Shown in pieces: positions 8,704 to 20,508 of a stretch of DNA of 64,000 bases. Within the stretch, counting starts at the first letter, position 1. Every line of letters starts with the position of its first letter. This stretch comes from Desulfobacterales bacterium (lineage in GTDB: Bacteria > Desulfobacterota > Desulfobacteria > Desulfobacterales > UBA5616). The notes below the pieces were generated by a model. It saw only the letters and a program-made list of their open reading frames with translations, did not search any database and was not told the origin of the DNA. The position numbers and the translations under genes are program-made. The stretch spans positions 1 through 64,000 of the forward strand of contig JAWODC010000088.1 in the NCBI GenBank assembly GCA_046483495.1. The letters run 5' to 3'.

Positions 8704-10074
8704 ATGAAAAAAATGAAAGAACAAAAATATTGGGACATGGATATCGAACCATATTTGAATACAGAAAAAATGCACCAAATCCAATCAGCCAGGTTGCAGC
8801 CGATGTTGAACTTTCATTACCGGTTCGTTCCGTTTGACAGAAAGCGCATGCAGCGTGCAGGCATCGAACCCGAAGGCATCCTGTCGTTCAACGACTTGGC
8901 AAAGGCTTTACCTCCCGTAGGCCAGGCGGAATATAGACAGGTTTATGAAGAAAAAATGTTGGATATGGATGCCATTTTTGAAGAACTGTACGGCCCAAAA
9001 CGATTGGAAAACCTGTACATGGTCAATTCCACTTCGGGAACGACCGGAATACCCACTCCGTATCCCCTTTTCAGAGTCGAAGATCCGGATAGAATTCCCA
9101 ATATTAACGGTCGAATGAGCTGGAGAGCCAACATTCGACCCGGCGACCGCATCGCCATACTTTTCGGTTTGAGTATGCATGCGGCCAGTACGCCGCAAAT
9201 CTTAGGGTACCAGAAATTTCCGGGAATAACGCTATACCCTATCGGTGCCGAAGCCGGGACCGAACGCATTTTAAATTACATCAAGTGGTTTAAAATAAAC
9301 GTGTTCAGCGGCACCCCTTCCCTGGCGCTTCATCTCATTGAACGATCTCCCGATGTCCTAAAGGAGCCGGTCAGGGCTCTGAACATGAAGGTTTTGTTCT
9401 GTGGCGCAGAACCGGGGGCCGGTATTCCTGAAGTAAAAAGTCGCCTTGAAAACGAATATGGAGCAAAGGTGTACGATGCAGGCGCCGGCTACGGAATTTC
9501 ATGTGATCATCCGGTTTATCAGGGAATGCATTGGGTCGCCGATGATTACTGCTATTATGAACTGATCGATCCTGAAACAAAGGACCCGATTCCGCTGACG
9601 CATGGCGCAACCGGGGTGGCTGTTTTTACCAGCCTGTACCCTGAATCACCGGGATTTTTTCCAAATATCCGGTTTACCTTGAATGACATTCACCAAGTGT
9701 TTACCGAACCCTGCCCCTGCGGTTTAAGCGGATTCCGGTACAAGATCGTGGGGCGAGCCGACGACATGCTGAAGGTTAAAGGCGTCCCGGTGTATCCCGC
9801 GGCCATCGAAGGCGTGATCCAATCATTTTTCCCTCGATTGACGGGTTCTTTCAGAATCGTGCTTGAAGAGCCGCCGCCGCGTGTCGTTCCTCCCTTGAAG
9901 CTGAAAGTGGAATACGGCGAAAGCATTCAGGAAAGCGATCGGGTGGAGCTGGAAAAAGAAATTATCGAAAAGATGCATCAAACATTAAAATTACGGCCGA
10001 CGATCACCTGGCTGAAACCCTATACGTTGGAGCGCGCGACAAAGAAAACGCAGTTGCTGGAAAAGCTTTATTGA
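8704..10074 (+). CDS. Phenylacetate-CoA ligase (PaaK)-like acyl-CoA ligase
   Basis: P-loop 'STSGTTGIP', 'GAEPG', 'GRADDMLKVKGVPVYP', C-terminal 'KKTQ'. Confidence 0.88.
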   Translation: MKKMKEQKYWDMDIEPYLNTEKMHQIQSARLQPMLNFHYRFVPFDRKRMQRAGIEPEGILSFNDLAKALPPVGQAEYRQVYEEKMLDMDAIFEELYGPKRLENLYMVNSTSGTTGIPTPYPLFRVEDPDRIPNINGRMSWRANIRPGDRIAILFGLSMHAASTPQILGYQKFPGITLYPIGAEAGTERILNYIKWFKINVFSGTPSLALHLIERSPDVLKEPVRALNMKVLFCGAEPGAGIPEVKSRLENEYGAKVYDAGAGYGISCDHPVYQGMHWVADDYCYYELIDPETKDPIPLTHGATGVAVFTSLYPESPGFFPNIRFTLNDIHQVFTEPCPCGLSGFRYKIVGRADDMLKVKGVPVYPAAIEGVIQSFFPRLTGSFRIVLEEPPPRVVPPLKLKVEYGESIQESDRVELEKEIIEKMHQTLKLRPTITWLKPYTLERATKKTQLLEKLY

Positions 10075-10222
10075 ATGATTCCTTCGGGATCACCAGGGGA
10101 CGTCTATGGCCTTTTTCACAATAGCCGTTCATCAAAAGGCGGCGAAAATTGTGCATATATTACTTTAAGCTGATCGCAAAAGAAAAAAGCTTAAAAACAT
10201 AGACGCCCCGGTTTCATCCAGA

Positions 10223-10969
10223 TCAACGGAAGATCCCTTTAAATACGTCTTTAGACCCTTTGATTGAATTCTGAACGGAGTCCTTTATTACCCTGCCTGT
10301 CTTCCCACCGATTTCGTCCGCTGCGGAGAGGGCCCCGGTCACCGCCGCCGAGGTTGCTTCGGTCAGATCTCCGGTAATCGCCGCTGTACTTTTGATAGCC
10401 TCCTGGGTTGCCGAGACAGCCACTTTGGCCACATCCGCTCCGGCCTCCGAGGCCCCCTTGATCGCTCCGTGAACAGCCGACCTCGCAGTCATATTCAGAT
10501 CCGCCCCCATTTCGGCGGCCCCGGAAATAGAGCCCCGCACGATCTGAACCACAGATTTCTGAAGCGTAACGGTCACATCCGTAACCCCTTCGGCAGCCGT
10601 AATCACCAAATCGCGGGTGGAATTCAAAATCTGTTCAGCCGTATCTCCTGTCGCCTGAATCGACCAGATGGTCAATCTTTTTGCAGTCTCTCCAATGGAA
10701 GTCAGGGTCATGGAGAGTTTTTTCAGGGCCTGTCCAATGAAGGTCATGGCCGCAGCGCCGGCGGTCACCATCCCGGCTACATAAAGCGCCTTTCGCTTAT
10801 CCATATTTTTCACATTTTTAGATACCTTGTTGGAATGTCGTCTGGCCGACTCGCCGAAATCCCCCATCTTTTTCCTGACCCTTTGCCGGGCCTTTTTGGG
10901 AGATTCAAACGAGCCCATTTTTTCCGATATCTCTTCTCTGCCTTTTTCAAGATCGATGTGCTGATCCAT
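10223..10969 (-). CDS. Hypothetical Ala/Thr/Gly-rich helical-repeat protein
   Basis: 248-aa ORF with AGGAGG RBS; repeated 'V.GAI.GA.E.G.D'-like units. Confidence 0.7.
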   Translation of the reverse strand: MDQHIDLEKGREEISEKMGSFESPKKARQRVRKKMGDFGESARRHSNKVSKNVKNMDKRKALYVAGMVTAGAAAMTFIGQALKKLSMTLTSIGETAKRLTIWSIQATGDTAEQILNSTRDLVITAAEGVTDVTVTLQKSVVQIVRGSISGAAEMGADLNMTARSAVHGAIKGASEAGADVAKVAVSATQEAIKSTAAITGDLTEATSAAVTGALSAADEIGGKTGRVIKDSVQNSIKGSKDVFKGIFR

Positions 10970-11241
10970 ATTTCCCTCCTTTCCTTATTTGTCCTGAAAA
11001 ATCCAATGGTACGCTATCTTGTATTTCTCTTGTATTTTTTCGGCCAAATTAGGCTCACCATCAATAAGGTCTACAGGGTATTATGGCGTGCAGGTGACTG
11101 TATCCAATACGGATAAGAGAGGGACTTCAGATATTATACGAACCCCTCAGGGACCTGTGCCCTTCCGGACATAACATAGTGTCCATCCAGGTCCCGTTTT
11201 ATACGTTTTATATTGACTGAATGCAGCTTTTTGGGATAAAT

Positions 11242-11381
11242 AGAGCCCATCTTGAAATGGATCGATCCGTCCTTTTGGAGTCGGCCGAAAAATAGTAACC
11301 CTCAAAACTACTTCAAGCACTCCTGTTTCCGGCCGCCTTGAAATAAACTGAATCGAATATTCTCATTTCCGGATGGCCACT
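11242..11381. repeat. ~140-bp palindromic dispersed element (MITE/REP-like), degenerate copy
   Basis: Ends AGAGCCCATC...GGATGGCCACT; internal CCGCCTTGA and CCTCAAAA motifs shared with 30571-30714. Confidence 0.65.
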
Positions 11382-11659
11382 AAATCAAATGAGCTGATTT
11401 CCATCAGAACCTCGTCACCAAATGCTTTTACCGAGGCCGACTGACCAAAACCTCCTGCTAATCTTTCTTTTCTGGTCCTATATCGAAAACTATCGATTGG
11501 ATCGGAGAAATGAGACGGCCAAAATGCCAATTTGAAAACCGTAAAGGAGGAATGTTGTAAAGAAGCGATTTTCCCTGGGCAGTGGCCCCCACCTTTTTAT
11601 CAGGGCCTTTAAAACCGGTTTCAATCAATTTGCCCATTTTCACAGCACAAGGAGATGTC

Positions 11660-12940
11660 ATGGAGAAGACAGATCGAGAGAAGGCGGCGTATCGTTGGCC
11701 CATGCTTACGTACTTGTTTCTCACCAACCTGATCATGAACGGCGTTGTCATAATGGTTATGCCCCCTTTGTTTCCGCGCATTGCCGGTGACCTGGGGCTG
11801 AACTATGCGCAAATAGGGTCCATATGGGGTGCTGTGCCGCTCGGGATGCTTCTGTTTTCGCTTATTGGAGGCGTTGTGGCAGACCGCTTCGGTGTAAAGA
11901 GGGTTGTCACCATAGCGCTTATTTGCGCGGTGGTGTTTGCAGGATTGAGAGGTTTGGCTTCCCACTTCTGGACGCTTTGGTTTTTTATGTTTTCGCTGGG
12001 AGTGAGTTATGGCTTTATCGTGCCCAATCTTACCAAGGGCGTAGCCATGTGGTTCGGGCCTGAGGAACTTAGCCGGGCAAACGGTATTCTGCTTATGGGG
12101 GCGAGTATCGGTATGGGCCTCGGTATGATTCTCGGTATTCCTCTGGTTCAGGCGTTTGGAACCTGGCGCAATGTGATGTTTCTGACCTCTGGTGTTTCCC
12201 TGGCTCTATGGGTGCTGTGGATTGTGGCTGCGAGAGAAAGAAAATACACCGGGGTGATGGCTCAGTTGATGAAAACACGCCCCGGACCTGTAGAGGGGCT
12301 GAAGCGCGTTTTCACCGTGAAAGAGATGTGGCTTTTATGCTTTGCGGAACTTTTCCTCATTGGCGGCATTCTTGCTGTGGTGGGTCTTATTCCCACCTAT
12401 CTTGTGGAAAAAGGAATGACAGAGTCCGAGGCGGGAATTTTTACATCACTTGCCACATGGACGTCAATCATCGGCATGTTTGTCGGGCCTTATCTTTCTG
12501 ACAAGTTTGGATTGAGAAAGCTTTTCGCATGGCCTTTTTTCTTGATGAACGGAATTTTTACGGTGGCACTGCCGCTTTTATGGGGCTGGCCGCTGTATCT
12601 TATCTGGTGCCTGACAGGCTTCAACAACGGGTGCGCCCTTCCCCAGCTCAGGTCCATTATCGTCGAATTGAGGGAAATAGGGCCTATCCTTGCGGGAAGT
12701 GCTTTTGGAGGCATTTTCACGTTCAACCGGATAGGAGGTTTCACGATGCCCTGGCTGATGGGGTCCGTGATGACCGTGACAGCCGTGCCGGCATCGGGTT
12801 TTTATGTGATCGGAGGAGGTATCTTCATACCGGTGATTCTGATTACGTTTGTAAGAGAAACAGGCCACCGGGCTGCAGTCCCTGAAGCGGAGTCTCCGAA
12901 ATCTGGGGAGCCCTCGGACAGAGCGGCTTCGGGGTCATGA
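11660..12940 (+). CDS. MFS transporter
   Basis: ~12 TM segments, motif A 'GVVADRFGVKR' and 'LSDKFGLRK'; AAGGAG RBS. Confidence 0.9.
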   Translation: MEKTDREKAAYRWPMLTYLFLTNLIMNGVVIMVMPPLFPRIAGDLGLNYAQIGSIWGAVPLGMLLFSLIGGVVADRFGVKRVVTIALICAVVFAGLRGLASHFWTLWFFMFSLGVSYGFIVPNLTKGVAMWFGPEELSRANGILLMGASIGMGLGMILGIPLVQAFGTWRNVMFLTSGVSLALWVLWIVAARERKYTGVMAQLMKTRPGPVEGLKRVFTVKEMWLLCFAELFLIGGILAVVGLIPTYLVEKGMTESEAGIFTSLATWTSIIGMFVGPYLSDKFGLRKLFAWPFFLMNGIFTVALPLLWGWPLYLIWCLTGFNNGCALPQLRSIIVELREIGPILAGSAFGGIFTFNRIGGFTMPWLMGSVMTVTAVPASGFYVIGGGIFIPVILITFVRETGHRAAVPEAESPKSGEPSDRAASGS

Positions 12941-13021
12941 GGATATATCAGGGCGGCAGTTTTGTCCTATCTTTTGTGCTTACCGCAATGGCGGCAAACC
13001 CATTTAAATCAAGGAAAAACT

Positions 13022-14344
13022 ATGTCGCAGGAAAAACATCGAAAAAAAATCTTCTATGGATGGTGGGTTGTTGCAGGATGCTCGATGATCGCACTCCTGT
13101 CAGCTTCCAGCAGGTTTTCCTTCACCATGTTCCTGCCGTATCTGATAGAGGATCTGGGGTGGACCAGGGCGACACTGGGATTCGGCTTGACCCTTCACAT
13201 GTGGATATATGGAATCGGTGCCTTTGCTTCGGGATTTATCGTCGATCGATATGGTCCAAGGGTGTTGATGATAGTCGGCGGCTTCATTATCATGGTAAGC
13301 CTGGTTTTAACATCCCGAATGAATGAACCCCTGCAGTTTTATATTTTCTATGGTGTTATATTGGCGATTGGTGTATCCGCCACGCTCGTTGTACCCAACG
13401 CCAGTACAGCCAGAAAATGGTTTGTCAGAAAAGGGGGGCTGGCCGTTGCCCTTATCATCGTCGGTATGACGCTGGGTATTTCCATTATCTCTTTGATCAT
13501 TCCCGATTTGATCGATGCCTTCGGTTGGCGAAAGAGCTGGTTTTATATCGGGCTTATCATGGGTGCGGTAATTATGGGTATATCCTGGATCGTCGTCAGA
13601 AAAGATCCAGAATCCATGGGTTTATACCCTGATGGAGAACAAGGTTCTCGAAGGGTATCAGAATCGGCGGATGTCTCACCTATAGACGAAACGGAGTGGA
13701 CAGTCAGGGAAGCCGTCAGAACAAGGTCTTATTGGCTGCTGCTTTTCGCAAATTCCGTATTTATAATACCCGTGATGGGATTCATGGGACACGTAGCCGC
13801 CTGGGGTTTCGATATTGCAAAAGCTGCAAACGTACCTGAAGTCAGTGCCACGGGAATGGTCAAACTCAGTATTTTTTTGCTGGGCATCGCTTCGATTACG
13901 GGTGCGCTCATTGGCGGACCGCTGTCTGATAAATACGGAAGAAAACCCGTTCTTGTAACAGGGTTCATTCTGCAGATTTTTCTGATAGTGTATGCAGTAA
14001 ATGTCGACCGGATGAGCGGCATTGTCATCTTCAGTTTATCGGCGGGAATCGTCGGAGGTATACTCACGCCGTTATGGGCCCCTTATGTCGGTGATATCTT
14101 CGGTCGTGTTTCATTGGCTTCTCTTTTCGGCATGATCGTTTTTGCTGTTGGGATCATCGGCGGAACCGGTCCGTTTTTATTTGGATGGATCTTCGATCTT
14201 ACGGGCTCCTATTTCTGGGCCTTTATCTTTTCAGGTTGCTGTTACCTCGTCGCTATGATCTTGATCATTTTTATTCGGAAAGAGGAAAAAGAACCCGGCT
14301 CCATGATGAAAGGAGAAGAGGAAATAACATATTCCACGATCTGA
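13022..14344 (+). CDS. MFS transporter (OFA/MCT-like)
   Basis: 'IFYGWWVV', 'GFIVDRYGPR', 'WFVRKGGLA', 'LSDKYGRK'. Confidence 0.9.
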   Translation: MSQEKHRKKIFYGWWVVAGCSMIALLSASSRFSFTMFLPYLIEDLGWTRATLGFGLTLHMWIYGIGAFASGFIVDRYGPRVLMIVGGFIIMVSLVLTSRMNEPLQFYIFYGVILAIGVSATLVVPNASTARKWFVRKGGLAVALIIVGMTLGISIISLIIPDLIDAFGWRKSWFYIGLIMGAVIMGISWIVVRKDPESMGLYPDGEQGSRRVSESADVSPIDETEWTVREAVRTRSYWLLLFANSVFIIPVMGFMGHVAAWGFDIAKAANVPEVSATGMVKLSIFLLGIASITGALIGGPLSDKYGRKPVLVTGFILQIFLIVYAVNVDRMSGIVIFSLSAGIVGGILTPLWAPYVGDIFGRVSLASLFGMIVFAVGIIGGTGPFLFGWIFDLTGSYFWAFIFSGCCYLVAMILIIFIRKEEKEPGSMMKGEEEITYSTI

Positions 14345-14382
14345 CGGTCCGGTATTATCGGACTTAGGACCCCCCCTAAAAC

Positions 14383-14418
14383 AAAACGGTGAACCACCAA
14401 CAAGGGTTCACCGTTTTT
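14383..14418. terminator. Bidirectional intrinsic terminator between convergent MFS and ahcY
   Basis: AAAACGGTGAACC-9 nt-GGTTCACCGTTTTT. Confidence 0.75.
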
Positions 14419-14432
14419 GATTCGATATTTTG

Positions 14433-15701
<1,269 letters not shown>

Positions 15702-15708
15702 TTATTTT

Positions 15709-16878
15709 TTAAATGCCGGCTTTTTCCCGGATCGTATCGGCCATATTGGTTTTTTCCCATGTAAAATTCGGATCTTTTCGCCCGAAATGGCCATATGCCG
15801 CCGTGGGCCGGTAAATCGGCCGCAACAAATCCAGGTATTCGATAATGGCCGCAGGCCGAAGATCGAATACTTCCGTGATGATTTCCCGAATCCGTTTTGA
15901 GGAAATCTTTCCGGTGCCCATGGTGTCTACAAGAATGGAGAGCGGTTCGGAAACGCCGATGGCATAGGCCACCTGGACTTCGCATTTTTTGGAAAGGCCT
16001 GCGGCGACAACGTTCTTGGCCACATGCCGCGCCATATAGGAAGCGCTCCGGTCCACCTTGGAAGGATCTTTTCCGGAAAAGCAGCCTCCGCCATGGCTTC
16101 CATGTCCGCCGTATGTATCCACTATGATTTTTCTGCCGGTGAGCCCGCAATCCCCCATGGGGCCGCCCACGACGAATCGGCCGGTGGGATTGATATAATA
16201 CCGGGTTTCTTCATCGATCAGGTCCCCGGGAATAATCCTATTAATGACACTTTTGATGATCGCATTTCTCAGATCTTCGTATTCTACATCGGGTTTGTGC
16301 TGGGCGGAAATGACAACGGCATCGATCCGTTTGGGTGAACCGTTTTCGTATTCCACGGTGACCTGGCTCTTTCCGTCCGGCCTTAAAAAGTCCAGTGACC
16401 CGTTTTTCCGAACCTCGGCCAGCCGTTTGCACAACTTGTGGGCATAAATGATCGGCATCGGCATGTATTCGGGCGTTTCATCGCTGGCAAATCCGAACAT
16501 CAGGCCCTGGTCGCCTGCCCCCTGGTCCAGGAACAACCCTTCTCCAACATTAACACCCAATGCGATATCCGGAGACTGGTGGTCAATGCTGGTAACGATG
16601 GAACATGTCTGCCAGTCGAATCCCATTTGAGACGACCGGTAGCCGATATCCCGGATCGTGTTTCTGACAATCTGCGGCAGATCCACGTAACATTCGGTCG
16701 TGATTTCCCCGGCGACGAATGCAAGCCCGGTGGTCACCAAGGTCTCGCAGGCAACCCGACTGTTTTTATCCTGCGCAATAATAGCATCCAGAACGGCATC
16801 CGATATGGCATCGGCAACCTTGTCGGGATGTCCCTCCGTTACCGACTCAGAGGTAAACAACAAATTTCCAGAATCCAT
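15709..16878 (-). CDS. metK: S-adenosylmethionine synthetase
   Basis: '[13 protein letters not shown]', 'GAGDQG', '[14 protein letters not shown]', '[12 protein letters not shown]'. Confidence 0.98.
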   Translation of the reverse strand: MDSGNLLFTSESVTEGHPDKVADAISDAVLDAIIAQDKNSRVACETLVTTGLAFVAGEITTECYVDLPQIVRNTIRDIGYRSSQMGFDWQTCSIVTSIDHQSPDIALGVNVGEGLFLDQGAGDQGLMFGFASDETPEYMPMPIIYAHKLCKRLAEVRKNGSLDFLRPDGKSQVTVEYENGSPKRIDAVVISAQHKPDVEYEDLRNAIIKSVINRIIPGDLIDEETRYYINPTGRFVVGGPMGDCGLTGRKIIVDTYGGHGSHGGGCFSGKDPSKVDRSASYMARHVAKNVVAAGLSKKCEVQVAYAIGVSEPLSILVDTMGTGKISSKRIREIITEVFDLRPAAIIEYLDLLRPIYRPTAAYGHFGRKDPNFTWEKTNMADTIREKAGI

Positions 16879-16930
16879 AAATTAACTCCTTCGCTTTGAC
16901 CAATTGAATAGTATCTCAACTGAATTCCTC

Positions 16931-16967
16931 AAGAAAAGAGCACTTTCAAGTTGCTGAAAGTGCTCTT
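16931..16967 (-). terminator. Intrinsic terminator between the DUF1015 gene and metK
   Basis: 13-bp stem AAGAGCACTTTCA / TGAAAGTGCTCTT with a U-rich tail on the minus strand. Confidence 0.75.
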
Positions 16968-17030
16968 CCATCAACCCTTACCGATCGAAATCGGCATTTG
17001 CGGTGCCGTCTAAATCAGCAGAAACATTGC

Positions 17031-18380
17031 CTATGAAGCCTTTTCGATTCCAACTTCGAAATCGTTAATTTTGAGCAAATTCATCACCTGGCCGCTGATG
17101 ACCTTTGGATAATAAAAGGTGGTTTTTCTCGGCATCGTCAATCCTGCTTCGGCAATTTGACACACCTGACCATTTGTGGGCGGCTTCAATAATACGGCCA
17201 TATCATGGGAACCTGAAACGACGGAGAGAACGGCTTCCGCGTCGTCGCTGGTAAAATCGATTTTTTCCTCGTCATCCAGACTCGCCTCATCAAAATTCAG
17301 CATATGCATCAAGATCAGCCGTGTAAACACCGTTACGTCCAGCTTTCGCAAAGGCAATGGGATATTCTCTCCAAACAGTTCTTCCATCACCCCGGGCTTC
17401 AACGTGAGCAGGTAAAGATAAGGATCTTCTTTGATATGCAACCCGATTTGCTGTGAACCGGGATTTGACTGCATAAAACAATTCAGCTTTTCCTGGATGT
17501 CGTCCAATTCCAAGGGCATGGACTGAATCTGAAAGTATCGAGAAGCCTTTTCAATAAAATTCATGCATATGGGATCTGGAATTTTCCGAAGCACTCGATG
17601 GGTTGGCCGGATGATCAAGCCTTCCTGAATCGGACATATATACATCATGACATGATTCGCCGGATGATCGGAATCAAAATCAGGCTGCGTTTCCTTCAGC
17701 CAATCTCTGTAATTTAAAGCCGTTTCGTAACGGTGATGACCGTCGGCGATAAACAGGCGCTTGTCCTTGATCGCCCGCTTTATTCTTTCCTGGCAATCGG
17801 CATCGGTAATTCGCACCATTTTGTGAATATGCCCGTCGTCATCCGTGAATTCCAAATCCGGCCGGAATTCGGCGGATGCCGATTGCAGCATCTCCAGCAA
17901 TCCTTCGGTATCCGAAAAAACCGAGAAGATATGGCTGAAATTGGCATGGCACGTTTTCATGAGCTGCAGCCGTTCAGACTTGTATTTTGAGAAGGTATTT
18001 TCATGAGGCAAAATAACCCTTTTCTCGAAGGGCTCCAACCTAACGCGGGCAATCAAACCAAACCGGACATATTTCCGGGATTTAATCTGAAATTCAACGG
18101 TGGTGACATAAAACGTATCCGCAGGGTCTTGTAAAAGAACGCCGTCTGCAAGCCATTGGGAGAAAAAGGCTGCAGCCCGCGTATAGGGATTATCCGTTTT
18201 CGTGTCTCCGGGTGAAGCCTTGTTTTTATCCAACCGGATAATATTATACGGATGACGGTCATAATACAGTTTCTGTTCACGATCCGAGATCACATCATAG
18301 GGAGGTGTTACCACATGGGATAAATCTTCTATCATGTCGGGATTATAGACCAATCCTCGAAACGGACTTACATCTGCCAT
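17031..18380 (-). CDS. DUF1015 family protein
   Basis: 'VTPPYDVIS', 'ILPHENT', 'IADGHHRYETA', 'MPRKTTFYYPKV.SG'. Confidence 0.9.
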   Translation of the reverse strand: MADVSPFRGLVYNPDMIEDLSHVVTPPYDVISDREQKLYYDRHPYNIIRLDKNKASPGDTKTDNPYTRAAAFFSQWLADGVLLQDPADTFYVTTVEFQIKSRKYVRFGLIARVRLEPFEKRVILPHENTFSKYKSERLQLMKTCHANFSHIFSVFSDTEGLLEMLQSASAEFRPDLEFTDDDGHIHKMVRITDADCQERIKRAIKDKRLFIADGHHRYETALNYRDWLKETQPDFDSDHPANHVMMYICPIQEGLIIRPTHRVLRKIPDPICMNFIEKASRYFQIQSMPLELDDIQEKLNCFMQSNPGSQQIGLHIKEDPYLYLLTLKPGVMEELFGENIPLPLRKLDVTVFTRLILMHMLNFDEASLDDEEKIDFTSDDAEAVLSVVSGSHDMAVLLKPPTNGQVCQIAEAGLTMPRKTTFYYPKVISGQVMNLLKINDFEVGIEKAS

Positions 18381-18622
18381 ATTCTTCTCCTGTTTTCAGC
18401 TCCTGGAGTCGAAACCATTGCAATACGTCACCTTTTACCCGATTTCTATATCGGATTCAAAACGTAATCCTCAAGATACTCATTGAATTTATTCGATTAA
18501 ATGTTTTCTCTTCCTCGAAATTGAGCAAACCGCCACCTATGACAGGCGGTTTTTTCCACCCTGCTTTTCAGGGAAGAAATCAAAGGACACATAAGTATCC
18601 ACAAAAAGCGCTTCTTCTTATA

Positions 18623-19141
18623 TCAAGCCGAATCCACCACAGATCCGGTTGCAAGCAATGGTGCGGCATGAAACTTTTCCGCAGACATCAAATCCACCAT
18701 GCGTTTCATTGCGCTTAAAAGCATTAATTTTTCCCATGCACTTAATCGGGAAAATCGTTCCACAAAAACAGCCTGCAGGTGGGATGGCGTGTTCTCGAGT
18801 ATTCGAACCGATTCTTCCGTCAATGTGATGAAGCTTCGGCGTTTGTCGTGGTCGTCCTTCGATTTTTGCACAAGCCCTTTTCGTTCCAGGCGGTTAATAA
18901 TATCCGTCACTGTTGTCTGTTTTAAACTGACGATGTCCGCCAGTTTCGTCACCGTAATTTGTTCATGATCCGAAATTTCCTGCAGGATGAGCAGCTGCGG
19001 GGCCGTAATGCCGAATCTCCGGTTAAGGTTTTTCGAATGTATATCAATTGCCTGGACGATCTTTCGCAATGAAACCAGAATATCTTTGCAAATTTGCTCA
19101 GATGAAATGATTTCATCGATATTTTTAATGTTGGAATCCAT
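18623..19141 (-). CDS. MarR-family regulator, EctR/CosR-like
   Basis: 'ILVSLRKIVQAIDIHSKNL...GITAPQLLIL', 'TVTDIINRLERKGLV', 'DKRR', C-terminal 'AAPLLATG'. Confidence 0.85.
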   Translation of the reverse strand: MDSNIKNIDEIISSEQICKDILVSLRKIVQAIDIHSKNLNRRFGITAPQLLILQEISDHEQITVTKLADIVSLKQTTVTDIINRLERKGLVQKSKDDHDKRRSFITLTEESVRILENTPSHLQAVFVERFSRLSAWEKLMLLSAMKRMVDLMSAEKFHAAPLLATGSVVDSA

Positions 19142-19423
19142 TTGGTTTTTTTTGGGTGTTTTATTTGTTTCCGACTATTTTTTTAGTCCGTCGATCAACC
19201 TATCAATCAACATAATCAACACTCTCAGACTCCGTCAATTGGATGACCGAACCCATCGAGCACTACCATTTACATTGAATACGATATATTTTCAAGCATA
19301 AAAAAATTTTTTTTTGTCTTATTTTGCTTACAATTATCTTAAGGGCCAATTCACGCACAGGAAAAGCTCTTTTCACCAAGGGATTTTTAAAGTCTTGGAA
19401 TCAAGCGGCTAAAAATTTTTTAC

Positions 19424-19460
19424 TTGATTCTTCCCGGTAAAATATATAGAGTACGATTTT
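19424..19460 (+). promoter_or_regulatory. Sigma70-type promoter of the methyltransferase operon overlapped by a pseudo-palindromic operator
   Basis: -35 TTGATT (19424-19429), 17-bp spacer, -10 TAGAGT (19447-19452); TATATAGAGTACGATTTT at 19443-19460, related copy at 19271-19288. Confidence 0.55.
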
Positions 19461-19614
19461 TCAGACGATATTTCATTTAAACGACTTAATGATCGATCAT
19501 TCATGATGCTTGCTGATCGGGTTGCTTACATAATATTCGGATGCCAATCCGCACATAAAATCAGCATATCTGTATTTCATGTTGACGGGTAAAAAATGAC
19601 GGGGGTTTTTATCT

Positions 19615-20454
19615 ATGCCTGGCAAAAAATATTCCAATGCGGTTGAAGTGACACGGGATTATTACAACAGCGATGACGCCCACAACTTCTACTACACGAT
19701 TTGGGGCGGTGAAGATCTTCATCTTGGAATTTATGAATCCGAAGCCGATTCGATTTACCATGCCGGTCGTCGGACGATCGAACGGATGGCGGAACAGGCG
19801 CGCTCTTTAAACCAGGATACACGCCTGATCGATTTGGGCGGCGGATTTTCAGGAACCGCCCGTTTTCTGGCCGAAAAATTCGGATGCCGTGTAGTAGTCG
19901 TAAATTTGAGCGAAACAGAGAACAACCGTGCACGGAAAATGAACCGGGAAAGCAATATGGACCACTTAATCGAAGTGGTCGAGGGAAACTATGCCGATAT
20001 TCCGTATCCGGAAAACACGTTCGATGTGGTTTGGTCCCAGGACGCCATCCTCCACAGCGACAACCGGGAAAAAGTGTTGGAAGAGGCGTACCGGGTTATG
20101 AAACCGGGCGGTGAAATGATTTTTACAGATCCGATGCAAACAGATGATTGCCCGTCCGATGTGCTCGGCCCGATTTATGAACGCATTCATCTTCAGTCCC
20201 TCGGATCGCCGAAATTTTATCGGGACCATGCACGAAAAGTAGGATTTGTAGATGCCGGATATGTGGATTTAACACCTCACTTAACCATCCATTACGCCCG
20301 AATTTTGCAGGAATTGGAGAGGCGGGAAAAGGATCTTGTGAAACGGGTCAGCCGTGAATACATCCAAAACATGAAAAAGGGGCTTGCTCACTGGATTGAC
20401 GGAGGGGAAAGAGGATACCTTACCTGGGGTATTTTCCACTTTGTAAAAGAATGA
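19615..20454 (+). CDS. SAM-dependent sarcosine/dimethylglycine N-methyltransferase (SDMT)-like protein
   Basis: 'DYYNSDDAHNFYYTIWGGEDLHLGIY', 'FDVVWSQDAILHS', 'FTDPMQ', 'MKKGLAHWIDGG...LTWGIFHF'. Confidence 0.85.
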   Translation: MPGKKYSNAVEVTRDYYNSDDAHNFYYTIWGGEDLHLGIYESEADSIYHAGRRTIERMAEQARSLNQDTRLIDLGGGFSGTARFLAEKFGCRVVVVNLSETENNRARKMNRESNMDHLIEVVEGNYADIPYPENTFDVVWSQDAILHSDNREKVLEEAYRVMKPGGEMIFTDPMQTDDCPSDVLGPIYERIHLQSLGSPKFYRDHARKVGFVDAGYVDLTPHLTIHYARILQELERREKDLVKRVSREYIQNMKKGLAHWIDGGERGYLTWGIFHFVKE

Positions 20455-20508
20455 TTCGTCTAACGCATTTCGTATTTTTATAAATTTTCAATTACTAGGG
20501 AGGATACC

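Noticed and set aside
16975..17030. SAM-II riboswitch-like string GCTGATTTA...GCAA upstream of metK
   Set aside because: No proper P1 pairing and no downstream GCTAAA pseudoknot strand; kept only as an unexplained leader
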